Shown: positions 1-13,272 of the stretch, one piece after another | Numbering within the stretch: the stretch's first letter is position 1 | Layout: each line of letters opens with the position of its first letter | From: Aplysia californica | Lineage: Eukaryota | DNA: 64,000 bases | Assembly (NCBI RefSeq): GCF_000002075.1 | Contig: NW_004797272.1 | Span: forward strand, 2,545,937 to 2,609,936 | Direction: 5' to 3' | Program-made: the position numbers and the translations under genes | Notes under the pieces: model-generated | What the model was told of the DNA's origin: nothing | The model's database searches: none | What the model saw: only the letters and a program-made list of their open reading frames with translations

Positions 1-2508
1 TTATTATTATTATCTAGGGTATCTCTACCACACCAGGTAGGTACCGCCCGGTTTATTCAGCGTCTTTCGGGGGTCTATTTGTTCCACTGTCGTTAGGTAT
101 CAAAGATGGTTCAAACTGAGTGCATTTTTTAATACTAACTGAAAAACAGGGAACTGTATGGTTAGTGAGAAAATCGTTGTATTTAGCTTTGTTGTACGTT
201 GTCATGCATAGCATTTTCAAGGAAAGAGATTAGTTTAGAATTACTTCTTTTAGACATTGGCGTGTTTGCGCGTACGTGTGTTATAAAGGGGGTGTGCTAT
301 TACGTGTCTGTAAGTATACACTTTTTGAGTGTTTGTTAGGTTCCTTGCAATCATTATTTCTGCTGCTATAGTGTTTATTCCAATGGCATATCATGTTTTT
401 CTAAATGTTAATTTGTTGCCTTTTGTTACAAAAGAAAAGCCAGGTGGGTTTCAACGAAGTCATCGAGGAAAAAAATAATCAATATAATAATGCTAAGAGC
501 TGGAAACAGTCGCGCGTTTTAAAAGACGGTGATTTGCCAAAGGTTTTCTCTGATGATAATAGTTTACCAACGAATCCTGTCCATCAAAATAATATGATCA
601 CGCATTAGTACGAACTGGCTCGTTCCTATTAATCCCCTGAAATAACATGTTTTTGTCGAAAGAGGCTTTATGCTTTTATTCTGGCAAGCATTGTTCAATA
701 TCAACACCAGCTCCACTGCTTCACCCTACCTTTCTGAACCCGTTATCCTTTATCAGTTGTTTACGAAATGTCACAGAAAGACAGAGTGAAATTGGGATTA
801 AAAACACAGATACGTGTAACGGAAATAAGTGGAACTCCGAAACACGACAAGCAACAGTATATCAGTCTGCATGTATTGAACTCATAGCTGTTCGGGAAGG
901 CAGCGCGGTTTGTTTTTTTAACACGTCCGGAAAGCAGCGAAAAGACACGTCATGATTATTGAATTAGGCTCTTCCAAGCTGCCCACAGAAGAAGTGAGCT
1001 TGATTCCCGCGTTAGGTAGTAAGTTTATCAAACCGCGACCTTAAAATTGCTAAGTCCTATCTGACATTGTTGGCTGTTTTTGAGTTACTAAGACCATGAG
1101 GTCATAAACCAAATGTTCAATCTGCCCTATCAAAATCGTGAGTTTATTCAAAGTCGCTATCAAGATGTAGAAAGAATTGCATTTTAAAAAAACTTTGACG
1201 TGTTATAATACTCTAATCTTTTGGCGTCAAAGTTCTCAAAACTGGATGCTGAGCAGATAGAACTTTGTAATTCAGGGTAGCGAAATATCTCAGTGTGACT
1301 TCCTGGACACTGTATCTCAATCAGCCAGGGTTAGCCCCGACGAGCAGGTTCAAGCCTTTTAGATCAATCAAGCTTTATTGATTGGGGAGTGAACTAGCTA
1401 GAATCATATAAAGCTGATATTGTATCATAAACTCTTACGAGAATGAAGAAAGAGATAAATGACGAAAAGGTAGACCCCTGCAGTTAATAGCATGGTGGTA
1501 ATCATACACCAAAGTAGAGTAAGAAATACTGTTTTCAGTCCTTCTCCTTTGCATTTTCTTAAATTTTAAGATTATTTTCTACCGTCACGAAGCGTATTTC
1601 GTTCACATTGTCTCGAATTCGATTTTTTTTCCGCCAGAAATATCAATCCCTCATTTTGGAATATTAACACTCCAGTTAGCCCGGCGCCAGTCTTGACAAT
1701 ATCGGACAGCGATGTCAAAAGGCCACAGAAAATACGCTGAGTATAAACATTACTTGTTAATATTAGTGATGTCATCTGACATGTGACATTTTGCATTACT
1801 GCTCAAAAATGCAAATCCTCCTTTGCCATTGTCGTGCCACGGTATCATTAAATGATGTTCAGTGAGTCATTTGGTGGCGCTTGTGCAAGCACGCATTATT
1901 TTCTTGATTGATAACAAAAAGGACAGAATTGTCAGATTTTAAATCAGTTGTCCTCACGTGATATGAGCGTAGCTGATTAGATACATGCATTTTTTAGTAA
2001 AATATTCAAAATATCAAAACAGCAGTAATATCACAATTTAAGGTAATCATGGTTGTTAAAAAGAAAGAATCTGAATAACGAGAATTTAAGAGAGATGGAC
2101 TGGAAGAAAAATAAATGTTCCAACTGACAACCTTCACCAATCCGCCTATCAATGAATCTGATGAAACTGGAAGAGAGGTATGGTGTGTTTTCTACCCAAA
2201 TGAGGCAGGCACTCCTACTTGACCAGTCTTTAACAACAACAAAAAGAACAAGCAAACAAAATTGGCCGTAATTTGTGACAATACCCCCCCCTCCCAACCG
2301 CCCAAATGGCTTTTTGAATCAAAATGGAAAGAAGCTTTGTCCTATAAGAAATCAGATGAGCTAACCATACATATTATTTACTTACACTATCTCTCCCGAT
2401 AATGTTAGGTACATAAGGCAGAGAGCAATCGACGCCACGCTTTCTTATCCCTGGCCACCCCCCTCCATTCTTGACACATCTAGCCTGAGTAATTTGCCTC
2501 ATCCCTGA

Positions 2509-2907
2509 TTACTTACTTACTTACTAACCCATTACGCCATCTGGCGTTTAGAGCAGCAACAAAGGATCTCCAGCTCTGTCTGTTTTGGGCCATCTTGGTC
2601 AGCGTTCCCCACGAATGATTACAGGACTTCATTTCAGTCATCCCTGATTACACCTCTGTAACTTCCTGTTGGTCTACCTCTCTTTCTTTTTCCAGCTTGT
2701 CTCCAATACCATGTCTGATTGGGTAATGTGTCTAACTGTAGATCTTCTTCTTTTTCTTTTTCCATCCTCTGTTGGCGTTAAGCGTCGAGGGGAGATGCAG
2801 TTTTCTAATGTAGGCCAGCTCCGCAGCTCTTTCAGTTGTGAGGTAATGTTTTCTTAGGGTTTCCTTGACACCCTCGATCCACCTTTTGCGTGGCCTTCCT
2901 CTTCCTT
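2509..2907 (-). mobile_element. Cluster of RTE-clade LINE 3' fragments
   Basis: Minus-strand WGTLTKMAQNRQSWRSFVAAL with a (TAAG)n tail, and GRGRPRKRWIEGVKE with a GAA-rich tail. Confidence 0.75.
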
Positions 2908-5751
2908 TAAAAGATCTAAATAGAAGAAACAAAGATGGTGTAATGCAACAACCTTCCCTATTGAGAAAGCTTTATGGGGAAACGAGTATATCACTTTTTC
3001 TTTTTTTTCTGTATTTTTGTGTGCTTTGCTTGTTTGTTCTTCTTGGGGGAGTTGTTTGGTTGTTTTGTTTTTGTTTTAGATTAGGTTTTTGTGACAGTTG
3101 TTTGTTTTGTTTTGTTTTGTTTTGTTTGCGTTTGTTTGGTTGTTTGTATTCATTTTTTTTTATTTATTTTTTTTTGCGTTTTGGGGGACAGAAGTAAGTC
3201 AGTCCCTCTGGCAAATGGTAGAGATACGGTCAACATTTTAGTAAGTTACACCCACAGCGTTATTTATTGAGCCAATATCATCTTAAGAACACTTAGAAAG
3301 GTATACATTTTTGAATACCCGGTGCAATGTATTGTTGATATTGCTTATAATATAGGAGGATATCGACAACAACCTCCNNNNNNNNNNNNNNNNNNNNNNN
3401 NNNNNNNNNNNNNNNNNNNNNNNNNNNNNNNNNNNNNNNNNNNNNNNNNNNNNNNNNNNNNNNNNNNNNNNNNNNNNCCCCCCCCCCCCCCCCCCCCCAT
3501 CTTTTTCGGGGGTTAGATTTCAGAAAAGCAGGGTTTTTTTAACTGGGGGAAATGGGTGCATTGATTGCGTGAGCTTTGCATTCGGTTCTCATTAAAGTCA
3601 AGAACGGGATTGTTTTGGGGAGGGGGGGTTTAAAGTATAATATTATATCCTAATTTTGAAAAAGGAAAAAATTATTATATAATTCCCTATGCTTGGTAAT
3701 GTAATATGAATCCCGATGATGGAATTGGCACGATTTGAAACCATAGTGTGGGGTCTGTAATACATTTTCTAAATTACCATCTCCTGTTGTAAGCTTTAAA
3801 AAAAACGATGTTCCCCCAAGTAAGTCCAAAATAGGCTGTTAATGTAAGAAAAGCTTTGCCAACCTTCTGGATAATGTTTCAGGAAACAAAAGCCTTATTC
3901 ATGTTATTGGCAGCGGCAAAAGGGATTACGGGGATAATATTTTTATTCGTGGGGAGGAATTCTAAAGACATATTCGTACATTTAATCCATTTTTTGTGTG
4001 CACGTGTTTCGAAGCACATGATATGATTCAAAAAGTCGCCTCTCCTTTTTTAAAAATAGAAATAATAGCCCATAAAAAGATCCTGCGGAGGTTCTCTTCA
4101 ACAGAATTGTAATATGCATGTCATTCTGGTGTATATTGTAAAAACATTTGAAGTGCATTGGGTGTTCTTTTTATGGAGTATCTAATTTCCTATTGTTAAA
4201 CAAGATTAAGTTCTAATCACTGATCTAGAAGATACAGGCCGTTGTTGTTTGTACTTTTTTCTGCCTTCCAAATTATTTCCGAAGATCCCCTCATTCAGTT
4301 GTCTTTGGGTTGTTGTTTTTTTCGGGGGGGGGTGTTGGGTTTTGTTGGGGGTTGGGGTTTTTTAGGTGGGGGATCTTTTTTCAAGAAAAGAAGCTTAACG
4401 AAAAATTCTAGTTTCTCTTTTGATTAGCTTCTTGGACTTGGCTATGGCCGTTCGGCGTTCACATCCTGTTTGAACTATGCTGTCAGAATAAAAACATAAA
4501 ATCTTTCGCTTCCGGTCCCGTAGAGTCGAAGGTGGGCGTACTCCAGAAGTTATTCCTCTCTGGAAAACCTGAATGTTGTTACACGTTGCGTAAAACTCAG
4601 ACGCAAATGAAATCAAACAGGACGAGTGCCAGGGGCACTATCATAATTCAGTAGAATGATGTAAGGGCGGGAGCCTCTGACAAACAACGCCTGTCTGTTC
4701 CGATGCCCGTAAGGGGGCCTCTGATTTCACAACATGACTCCCGACTGGGATTAGGACGACCAAAATAGCGCCCGTTGATTGTATCCCGGCCACAGTTTGT
4801 TAGTTTAGAGAAGCACTCGGTTTCTTCGGCTTTTTTTTCAGTGTAGCTCGTTGTTGTAGTCTTAGCTGGCATCCTACAACTGTTGTTACATTCTGAGTGC
4901 TACATTTGTATCAGCTGACATTGCTTTCAGTCAGTGCCAGGCTCTGTAGGGTCCTTGTACTGGCGTGAGCACACAATGCCCGAATTTTCTATATTTCTAA
5001 AAAAAAAAATTAAAAATTCTTTTAAGGTGAGGGATTGACTTGCCTTTTGTGATGCCATTCGATATTAAAATGTCATTGAACGAAAGTTTGTTTCCTCTGA
5101 GATCTTGACGCTAAACTACCCTTTCCATTTCGTTAACTGCGCATAAAAGGTACTGTCTAACTCCCGATACGTTGCAACGAGTATTGTGTAATGTACATTA
5201 TTTCTAATGTAGAAGATCTGCATGTGTTTGTCCCTAAACTAAACGAGCAGGATGGAAAGAAAAAAAGGGAGGGGGGGCATGTTTTGCTCTGGAGTACACG
5301 ATCGATAGAGGCCGTCATAGTCCTCTTGTGCGTTTACGTTGAATAGTACAAATTACCCACCCGTCAGTTCTGCGGCACCACGGTATGAGTCCGTGTGGAT
5401 TGTTTACAAAATGTAACACCTTTAGATCCCCCCTCAAGGCCCCCATATTTTCGTGTAGATCTAGTTGATTTATATTGTAAAAACATCGTACGCTTAGGAC
5501 TAGTGCGGGTTTTCTTTTCAAAACATGATCCATTTTATTTACTATAAGATTCAAAAGACCAGGCTTTCCTTAAGTTTTCTCACGCGGTGTAGACTTTGGT
5601 TCCGTGATTACTTGTCTACAAGCCTAAGATTAAGAAGCTCCCCCCTCCCCCNNNNNNNNNNNNNNNNNNNNNNNNNNNNNNNNNNNNNNNNNNNNNNNNN
5701 NNNNNNNNNNNNNNNNNNNNNNNNNNNNNNNNNNNNNNNNNNNNNNNNNNN

Positions 5752-5805
<54 letters not shown>

Positions 5806-6539
5806 AAGCTTAAAAGAGACCGAGAGACGAGAGAGGCGCACTATGACAAACAGACTGACAGACAGACACAGGAGGAACGAAAGAAACTTGATTGTATCGT
5901 TTCTGACACTCGGAGCCAACTGTGATTTTCCACCGTGGGTACATGCAGGCGAGATACGAAAACGTGTGAACGCGTCCTTGGGAGTCGATTTGGAGGTGTT
6001 TATTTCTCGGGTGATGACATATGTATCTCTGTATCCTGGCCCGCGAGGTCTTCTGCGCCTTTTTCCTGTGTCATTCATGGACAATTTTATATCCTTCCAC
6101 TGGCCTGGAAACGAAAAATGCATTGCAGCCACATTATTTATTGCTCAAGAAAGCTAGCAAAAATGTGATTCTGTGCTGTTTGTTTGCTGATTTGTGTCTT
6201 TCTGGGAACCGAATACGCACCCACACATATCGTTTGCACGAGCTCGCTACCGGGGGAGATCGTCGTAGATTACAACTCAGAGAAAACGTAGCGATTGTTA
6301 TTCCTTTCTATTTATTTATTGATTTATTTATTTTTTAGATAATTCTAGAAAATAGGCACATTGCATACCAGGAGGAGGCACAGCCCCTTTGATGGCACGC
6401 AAACCACAGAGAGTGTCTAAGCTCAGATGCACATTATATTATCCAATTTATTCACATTTACTTGAAACTTATAGTTTGTTAAATTTACAGCTGTTTTCTT
6501 TTTCATTTGTGTTCACAATGATAAAGAACGTGCGCCTCT

Positions 6540-8640
6540 AAAGGGCTGCCGTGCAGTCCCGGAATTGAGAAGGATAGGACTGACGTGGTGCTAGCGTGTC
6601 GTACGTGGCGACTAAATGGCGAACCAAGTTCTGACTCCTGAAACAGCCATCCTCCCTCCAGGTTAGGGGTTGAGTCACGAGGCTAACAACCTCTCTCATA
6701 AAAAGAACCTGTTACAGAAACACATGCAAGCAAAAACCATTGTCTTTGCTTGGCTGGACGTGGATCTTCTCCAAATGGAGAGTCCATGATACGAGGCAGT
6801 AAAAGCCGAAGAGAAGCTGCTGGGCAGATGCCTCCACTATCATCCAAGTCCAAATCTCTCTGGATTGGATCGTGGAACGTTAGGCCCCTTTACGAGGCTG
6901 TAAAAACTGCACAGGACCTCCAAGAGATGCACCAATACCACCTACACATATTGGGAATCAGCGAGACCCACTAGAACCAGTCTGGACAGAAGCGAATGAA
7001 AGAGGGGGAGCTTTTCATTTATTCAGGAAATGACAGTGATGGACCACACAGGGAGGAGTAGGGATGATCATAACCAAAACAGCTCAAAAGACATTCAGGG
7101 GCTGGGAAGCGCACGGTCCATGGATCATCATGGCCTCATTAGGAATTAAGAAATATCTCAAGGAAAGAGATGGTAGGAAGACAGTCATAAACATGAACAT
7201 CATACAAGTGTATGCCCCAACCAATGGTGCAGAAGAGGAGAATAAAGATGACTTCTACAACCCTCTGCAGAGTATGATCGACAAACTTCCAGGTAACAAC
7301 ATCAACATTGTCATGGCAGACCTAAATGCAAAGATAGGTTCGGACTATGGTCACTGTGAGGAAATCATGGACAGATATGGATTAGGAGAGGCAAATGACA
7401 ACGGAGAAAGATTCCATAACGTTTGTGCATTCAACAACTTGGTTATTGGAGGAACAATCTTCCCACATAAAAGGATTCATAAGGCCACTTGAGTCTCCCT
7501 GGATGAACCAACAGAAAACCAGATTGACCATTTTTGCATCTCCCGAAAGTTAAGACGCTCACTAGAGGACGCCCGAGTCTTATGAGGAGCACACGTAGCA
7601 TCAGACCACAATTGATCTTTGGGAAGATGAAACTGAAACTGAACAGATATGCACAAATCACAATTGGAAGTCGCCAAAAGTATGAAGTGAGCCTTCTGAA
7701 AGACCCAATAAAGAAAAATGAACTCAAGTTGGAACTGAAGAACTAATTTCAAATCCTTCAGGATCTGGATGAAAGTGAAGAAAACGAACACTGGAACAAG
7801 ATAAAAGAGGCAGTAAGTGCAACTTGCCAGAGCACCCTAGGACCCAAAGTCATCCCCAGGAAAGAATGAATTTCACAGGTCTCTCTTGACAAAGTCAAAA
7901 GAAGAAGAGAGCTGAAGACCCACGTCAACAACAGCCGAACCCGAACTGAGAAACTCGCTGTACAGTAAAAGCACACCAAAGTAAACCGGGAGGTGATGAA
8001 TTCCATCAAGAAGGTAAAGAATACCTACCTGAATGGCCTGGCCGAAAGGCAGAGAAAGCAGCAACAGACGGACACTTGCAGATTGTACACCAGACAACAA
8101 AAACTCTTTCAGGTAGGTTCATCAAGCCTACTCTACCAGTGAAAGACAAAAGGGGAAAGACTATCTTTGACCCAGGGGGACAACTGAACCGATGGAGAGA
8201 ACACTTTGATCAACTCTTGAACAGAGCACCTCCGGAAAACCAGCCAGAAATTCTTCCAACTAGAAATGACCTCCCAAGCGTTACGGAACCACCTTCGAGA
8301 GAGGACAATGATGCAGCTGTAACAGCACTGAAGTCCGACAAGGCAGCTGGACCCGACCATATACCACCGGAAGCCCTTGAGGTTAGGCAAGAGGAGGAAA
8401 TGCCATCAGACTGGAAGGAAGGCCATCTCATAAAGCTACCAAAGAAAGGAGACGTCAGCAATTGTAACAACTACAGAGGCATATCACTCCTGTCCATACC
8501 TGGGAAAGTATTCAACAACGTGGACAGGGAAACACTGTGGAAACTCATGCGCCATTATGGAATACCTGCCAGAATTTTCAAGCTTGTGAAGGCCACCTAT
8601 GATGAAACAAACTGCCAAGTCTTCCACGAAGGGCAACTCT
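6540..8640 (+). mobile_element. RTE-clade LINE, 5' half (5'UTR, APE endonuclease, RT N-terminus), decayed
   Basis: IGSWNVR, LGISETH, QVYAPT, DLNAKIG, NQIDH, KAAGPD, NYRGISLLS. Multiple stops and frameshifts plus an internal deletion. Confidence 0.92.
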
Positions 8641-9300
8641 CTATTGATATAATATTTTTAGCTCATTTTGAAAGCAGGCTGCTGTCAAAGCCAACCTTTG
8701 CTGAGTACTGGGATACACCTTATCAGAGAGGCAAGTTGGCGTTAATACACGATGTAGAACTCTTTCCTACTTGGGAATGAGACTCACGTCTTCTGTGAGC
8801 ACTGATGAAGAGTCTGACCAAAGATGCAAGATCTCTATGGTCAGTAAGCTGTCTCTGATGCGGAATCTGCAGAATAATCTTATACTTATCTAAATGAAGC
8901 CAAACGTTTCGCCTTGTCTAACCGCACTTCCTTAAAAATTGATTACTTGATTCCAGAACTGGAGTCTTCGGGGACAGATTCTATCCATAACTCTTCGTCT
9001 CTACTCAACGGAGGGGATACCTCCTTAACCACTTCATTGCTGTGTAGATGCACATGTATATTATTAATCTCCCAAACTGGTCCAGCGTTATATTTTCAAC
9101 TGGTATATTACAGAGAACATTTATTTAAGAAAATGTAATTGTAATGTGTGCACTTGTATATCCTTATTTACGTGAATGGTATTTTCTCTTTGTTTGAATC
9201 TCTCTTGACTGTACGTTTTATCTTGTATGTACAAGTATACATGAAAAAGCCTCAGCCCTGAAGGGGTTAAAACGTCGTCCCTTCATAAATATTCAGTTTA
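8640..9300. mobile_element. Penelope-like element remnants (GIY-YIG C-terminal fragments on both strands, degenerate hammerhead motifs)
   Basis: Plus strand: QRGKLALIHDVELFPTWE* followed by CACTGATGAAG. Minus strand: ...RDEELWI... followed by GGCGAAACGTTT. A third motif ATGAAAAAGCC...AAAACGTCG lies at about 9241-9277. Confidence 0.5.
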
Positions 9301-9519
9301 AGTCACACCCCGTCTTACTCAACCTCAGAGTCAAAATGCTCAACATCCTTCGCTACAACCGATCATGCTCCTTATTTCGTCAATGTGATCTTCATTCAAC
9401 CTTTCCTCCTCTTCCTCCTGCTTCTCCTCCTCCTCCGGGCTCCTCTTCCTCCTCCCTGTGTTTGTTTTTCTTACTCCTATCTCAGCCTCAAGAGTGAGTC
9501 GTCAGACTTCAAGACAGAT

Positions 9520-9668
9520 GGTGTTTGCTCCTTCTTTCATATCAAACATCTTTAATCCTCCTCCTTTTTGTGTGCGTTTGTTACTCTCCTGTAACGCTTC
9601 TAATTACCGGCACATATTATATGACCTAATTGTGTTGCAAGTGACGTAAAACTCCTACAAAAACAAAA
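9520..9668 (+). mobile_element. ~180-bp headless retroposon family, 5'-truncated copy
   Basis: Shares TTTGCTCCTTCTTT, TGTTACTCTCCTGTAAC and ATGACC..GTTGCAAGTGACGTAAAAC with the other copies. Confidence 0.8.
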
Positions 9669-11966
9669 TAAAAAAGACTTTCAGACGTTTGTTGCATAGG
9701 GAGGACTCAACGCTACACAGTAGCAAGATCACGAATTCTATGAATCCTTTGAATTTAATCCCGTGGAGGTATAACCAACCGTAAATCAAAATTGTTAATA
9801 AATTTACCTAAATGAATTATCTAGAGATCCACCGTTTCCTTCTCCACAAAAAGATGGAGCTATAAATGACGTAATAGGCCTAAAAATTAGAATTTTGATT
9901 TACAGCAAATTACGTGGCCACAGGAGGGAGATAATCTTATCGATCATGACACGGCTTGTGGCTGTTTGTTTGTTCATCTGTTGTTTTCCTTTCTGTTGCT
10001 TGACAGGCTTTTGTTTTGTCTGGTTTGGTGTTGGGGATGATTTTATCGAGAATCCGGGGATATTTCCAGAGAGGGGGCGAGGATGGGGGATAATATTTCA
10101 AAATGGCGAGGAATTGTAATATCTTTAGTATACAATTATAGTAACAATAATGTGTATCCGTGCCTCTGTCCCATCATCTTTACCTCGCTACTTTCCACAA
10201 ACCACTCAAGCTATGTGTGTCTTCCCTTCCAACCTCTTCTCTTCCTTGCTGGGTGCCCCTCCTACTCGTATCTCAATCTCTCCAACTGGTGGCCAAAGCT
10301 CTGGAAAGATGCTCATTTTTTAGCGTGTCACATCATAATCAAATCCACGCCATGGACTCCCCAGAGCAGCAGTCACGGCGCAAATAGTGTGAGAGTGCTC
10401 TGGGATAATCCCTGGCGTCTTCTTGGGCAGCTCCTAGCGGTTTCTCTCGCGGTTTCTCGCAGTTTGCGTGCGGTTAACACTCGGAGGTCGGGAATCCCAA
10501 GACTCGTGGGCGCCTGGAAAGTAGCAAAGTCCGAGTAAATTTGATCAGGTGGTGCAAAATAAATGAATGGGATGGGGGCACGGGTCATCGACTCATCGAC
10601 CAGGCCTATGGCTCTACATAATGGTATGAGATAGTGCCGTTCTTGCCTCGCCTGACGGCTGTAAGACATAAAGCCTATCGGGGTATTAGCTCGTTGTTAA
10701 GACCTATGGGTTATGTGTGAATGTGGAAGGGTGAGGAGGGAGGGGGCGGAGGGCGGATATCTAACATTAGCCAAGCACCTTGTGATTAAAAAGCCCTGGG
10801 GAGATATTTATCAACAGGGGAACACCTTCATTGAGACTTTAGTCCTACTGTGCAAAGCAGGTTTGATGCAAGAGGTGTAGAGAGCCGCTTTATTTGAAGA
10901 CTCATTATTCCTCTAACAATTTTCCCGCATATTGTTTTCTTTCATCCCTTTTTCGACAAGACCAACGCTAAAGAAACCCAATGCTTAGTTTTAAGTTTTG
11001 CTTCATTTGTAACGAAAAGCTATAGATAAATTCTGGGTATTTCAACACTGTGTTTGCGACCGTGAGAGAAGAAACAAAATGGAACAACAAAAAACTGGAG
11101 GAGGGAGAGTCTAAAATAACCAGAAGATGAAAGAAAAACAAAATAGGGGGGAAAAGTCTTGCAAATGCTCAACTATCAGAATTTATGCCCCTGTGTTCCA
11201 TTTCAAACACCATGATTTTTACTTTTATTTTGTCCCCCAATGATTGATTTCCTTTTTCTAAACCAACAGGAAAATAGGGTGGAGTTGTAACGAGAAACAA
11301 ATTAACACAGTTAAGACCCTCTAACGCTGGAAACCAGAAGAAAGCCTGAGAGAGAAAAAAAAGCGTGAAATAAATATCAGACAAGTGAAACATTCCACCC
11401 TCCAAACACCACACGACATGTCAAAACGTTGGCTTTTTACCCTGTTCTGTGTCATGTTGGCGCTGTTTTCTCGACTGGGTGGCGCTCTCAAGTCTCTACA
11501 AAAACTTCTCGAGGGAATTGCTAACGTATTTTTCTAGGTTTATTTTTAGAATATTGAATATACGACATAAAGGCGTCCCTTTATATGAATCAAAACTGGC
11601 CAACTCTCCTTCGATCTAAAGTGCTGGTCAGATTGCTAAAAACCGCATCCTCATTTTAGTGGATGAATATTCTTCTTTATACCGTGCAAACGTGTATGGA
11701 TAGCTTTAATTTGAGTGATTTTCTCTTCGTCTTATTTGTTGTTGTTTTTTTCTGAGAAAACAGTTGGTCGCTGTTTAGATGATAGCACGAACCTAACCTC
11801 AACCCTTTCGAAGTATCAAATGTTCCTTCATTTTGATTGTCACGCGCTACTGAAGGGAAACACTTGCACCACATTAAAGGTTTTCAGCGGACATGGTGCA
11901 CACTGAAAGCCAAATTGTTGAATTAAGACCCAGCATGGTAAAAATTAACTTGTTGCTTGTCACTCT

Positions 11967-12148
11967 TACTTTAGTTTTATAAAAGGTTTTACGACGCTTG
12001 CAACTGCACAAGGTCACATGAGCGCCAGAAGATTAGAGGTGTTACAAGAGAGTAACAAACATACAAAAGAAGAAGGGGAGATAAGGACGATAGATGGTTG
12101 ATAGGAAAAAAGAAGCAAACCACACCAGAGCACCCGCCAATCACCCAC
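11967..12148 (-). mobile_element. ~180-bp headless retroposon, full copy with 12-bp TSD GCTTGTCACTCT
   Basis: TSD at 11955-11966 and 12149-12160. Confidence 0.9.
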
Positions 12149-12174
12149 GCTTGTCACTCTGAAGCTTTGCTAGA

Positions 12175-12320
12175 TACAGTCAAAACCTGTGAAAAACAAT
12201 CACCTGTACAAGCACGGCCGCTTCCCATTTCCCTCTGATTTCTGCATTATTGTTACATTGTGTAAGACGGCTCCCTTTCTCATTGACTTTGGATGGCTGT
12301 CTTTGACAATTCCGACTGTA
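12175..12320. mobile_element. Tc1/mariner (pogo/Tigger-like) MITE
   Basis: TA|CAGTCAAAA...TTCCGACTG|TA termini. Related copies at 30845-31296 and 33847-34776. Confidence 0.65.
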
Positions 12321-12579
12321 TTTCCAGTCCGAAGCTCTCTCTAGTTGTATACAGAACCACCACTTATTTATGCCTCTGTTTGTTCTTTTGTTTGTAATTG
12401 TTTGTACGTTTGGGTTTCAAATCGAAGCAAATCGATACAGTGGCTGTAATAAATATAACAGGAAAAGCTAGAATTCACAGTAAAATAGAGAGCAGTTTCG
12501 TTTGTTTGTTGTTGTTGTGGTTTTTTTGTGGGGGGGGGGGGGGGGGGTTGAGTAGATGTTTTGCCCCCCTACAGACACC

Positions 12580-13065
12580 ACTTAAACACCTTTGTTGTAC
12601 AATGATACCAGATACAAAAAGTGACACCGAGTTAAAAATGAGGATTGCAATATCAAAGAAACTTCCAGCAAGATGAAACCTATCCTCTCAAATAGAAACA
12701 TAACAGTGAACGCAAAAATAAGAACCCTGAAAACGTACTTATGATCAATCCTTTTGTATGGATGCTAGAGCTAGGCTCTAAAAAAAGACATATTTATTGA
12801 GAAGACTGGGGGCCGCTGAAATGTGGAATTTAAGGAGAATACTCAGGATCTCATGGATAAAAAAAAGAAAAACAAGCAGAGAAGTGCTCCGGCAGGATGA
12901 GAATCATCCATAATAAGAACCATCAGAAAAAGGCAATAGGGATTCTTTGGCCATATAAATAGATAACATGGACTGGAAAAGCTGCTCCTGCGTGGAAAAA
13001 TAGAGGGAAAGAAGAGTAGAGGAAGACAAAGAACAAAATACACAGATAGCCTGAACAGCTTAGCA
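12580..13065 (+). mobile_element. RTE LINE C-terminal fragment
   Basis: ILLYGC, AAEMWNLRRILRISW and GKIEGKKSRGRQRTKY, with stops and frameshifts. Confidence 0.85.
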
Positions 13066-13090
13066 ACGAATAATACAAAGAGAAAAACAG

Positions 13091-13272
13091 TGGGTGGTTG
13101 GTGGGTGCTCTGGTGTGGTTTGCTCCTTCTTTCCTATCAAACATCTTTCGTCCTTATCTCCCCTTCTTCTTTTTTTATGTTTGTTACTCTATTGTAACAC
13201 CTCTAATCTTCTGGCGCTCATATGAACTTATGCAGTTGTGAGCGCCAAAAAAAATCTACTAAAACTAAAACT
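13091..13272 (+). mobile_element. ~180-bp headless retroposon, full copy with (ACTAAA)n tail
   Basis: TGGGTGGTTGG start. AGAGAAAAAC is duplicated at 13079-13088 and 13273-13282. Confidence 0.9.

Noticed and set aside
4648-4872. GC-richer segment with a 74-aa ORF as a possible exon
   Set aside because: No recognisable protein motif and no supporting neighbouring exons.
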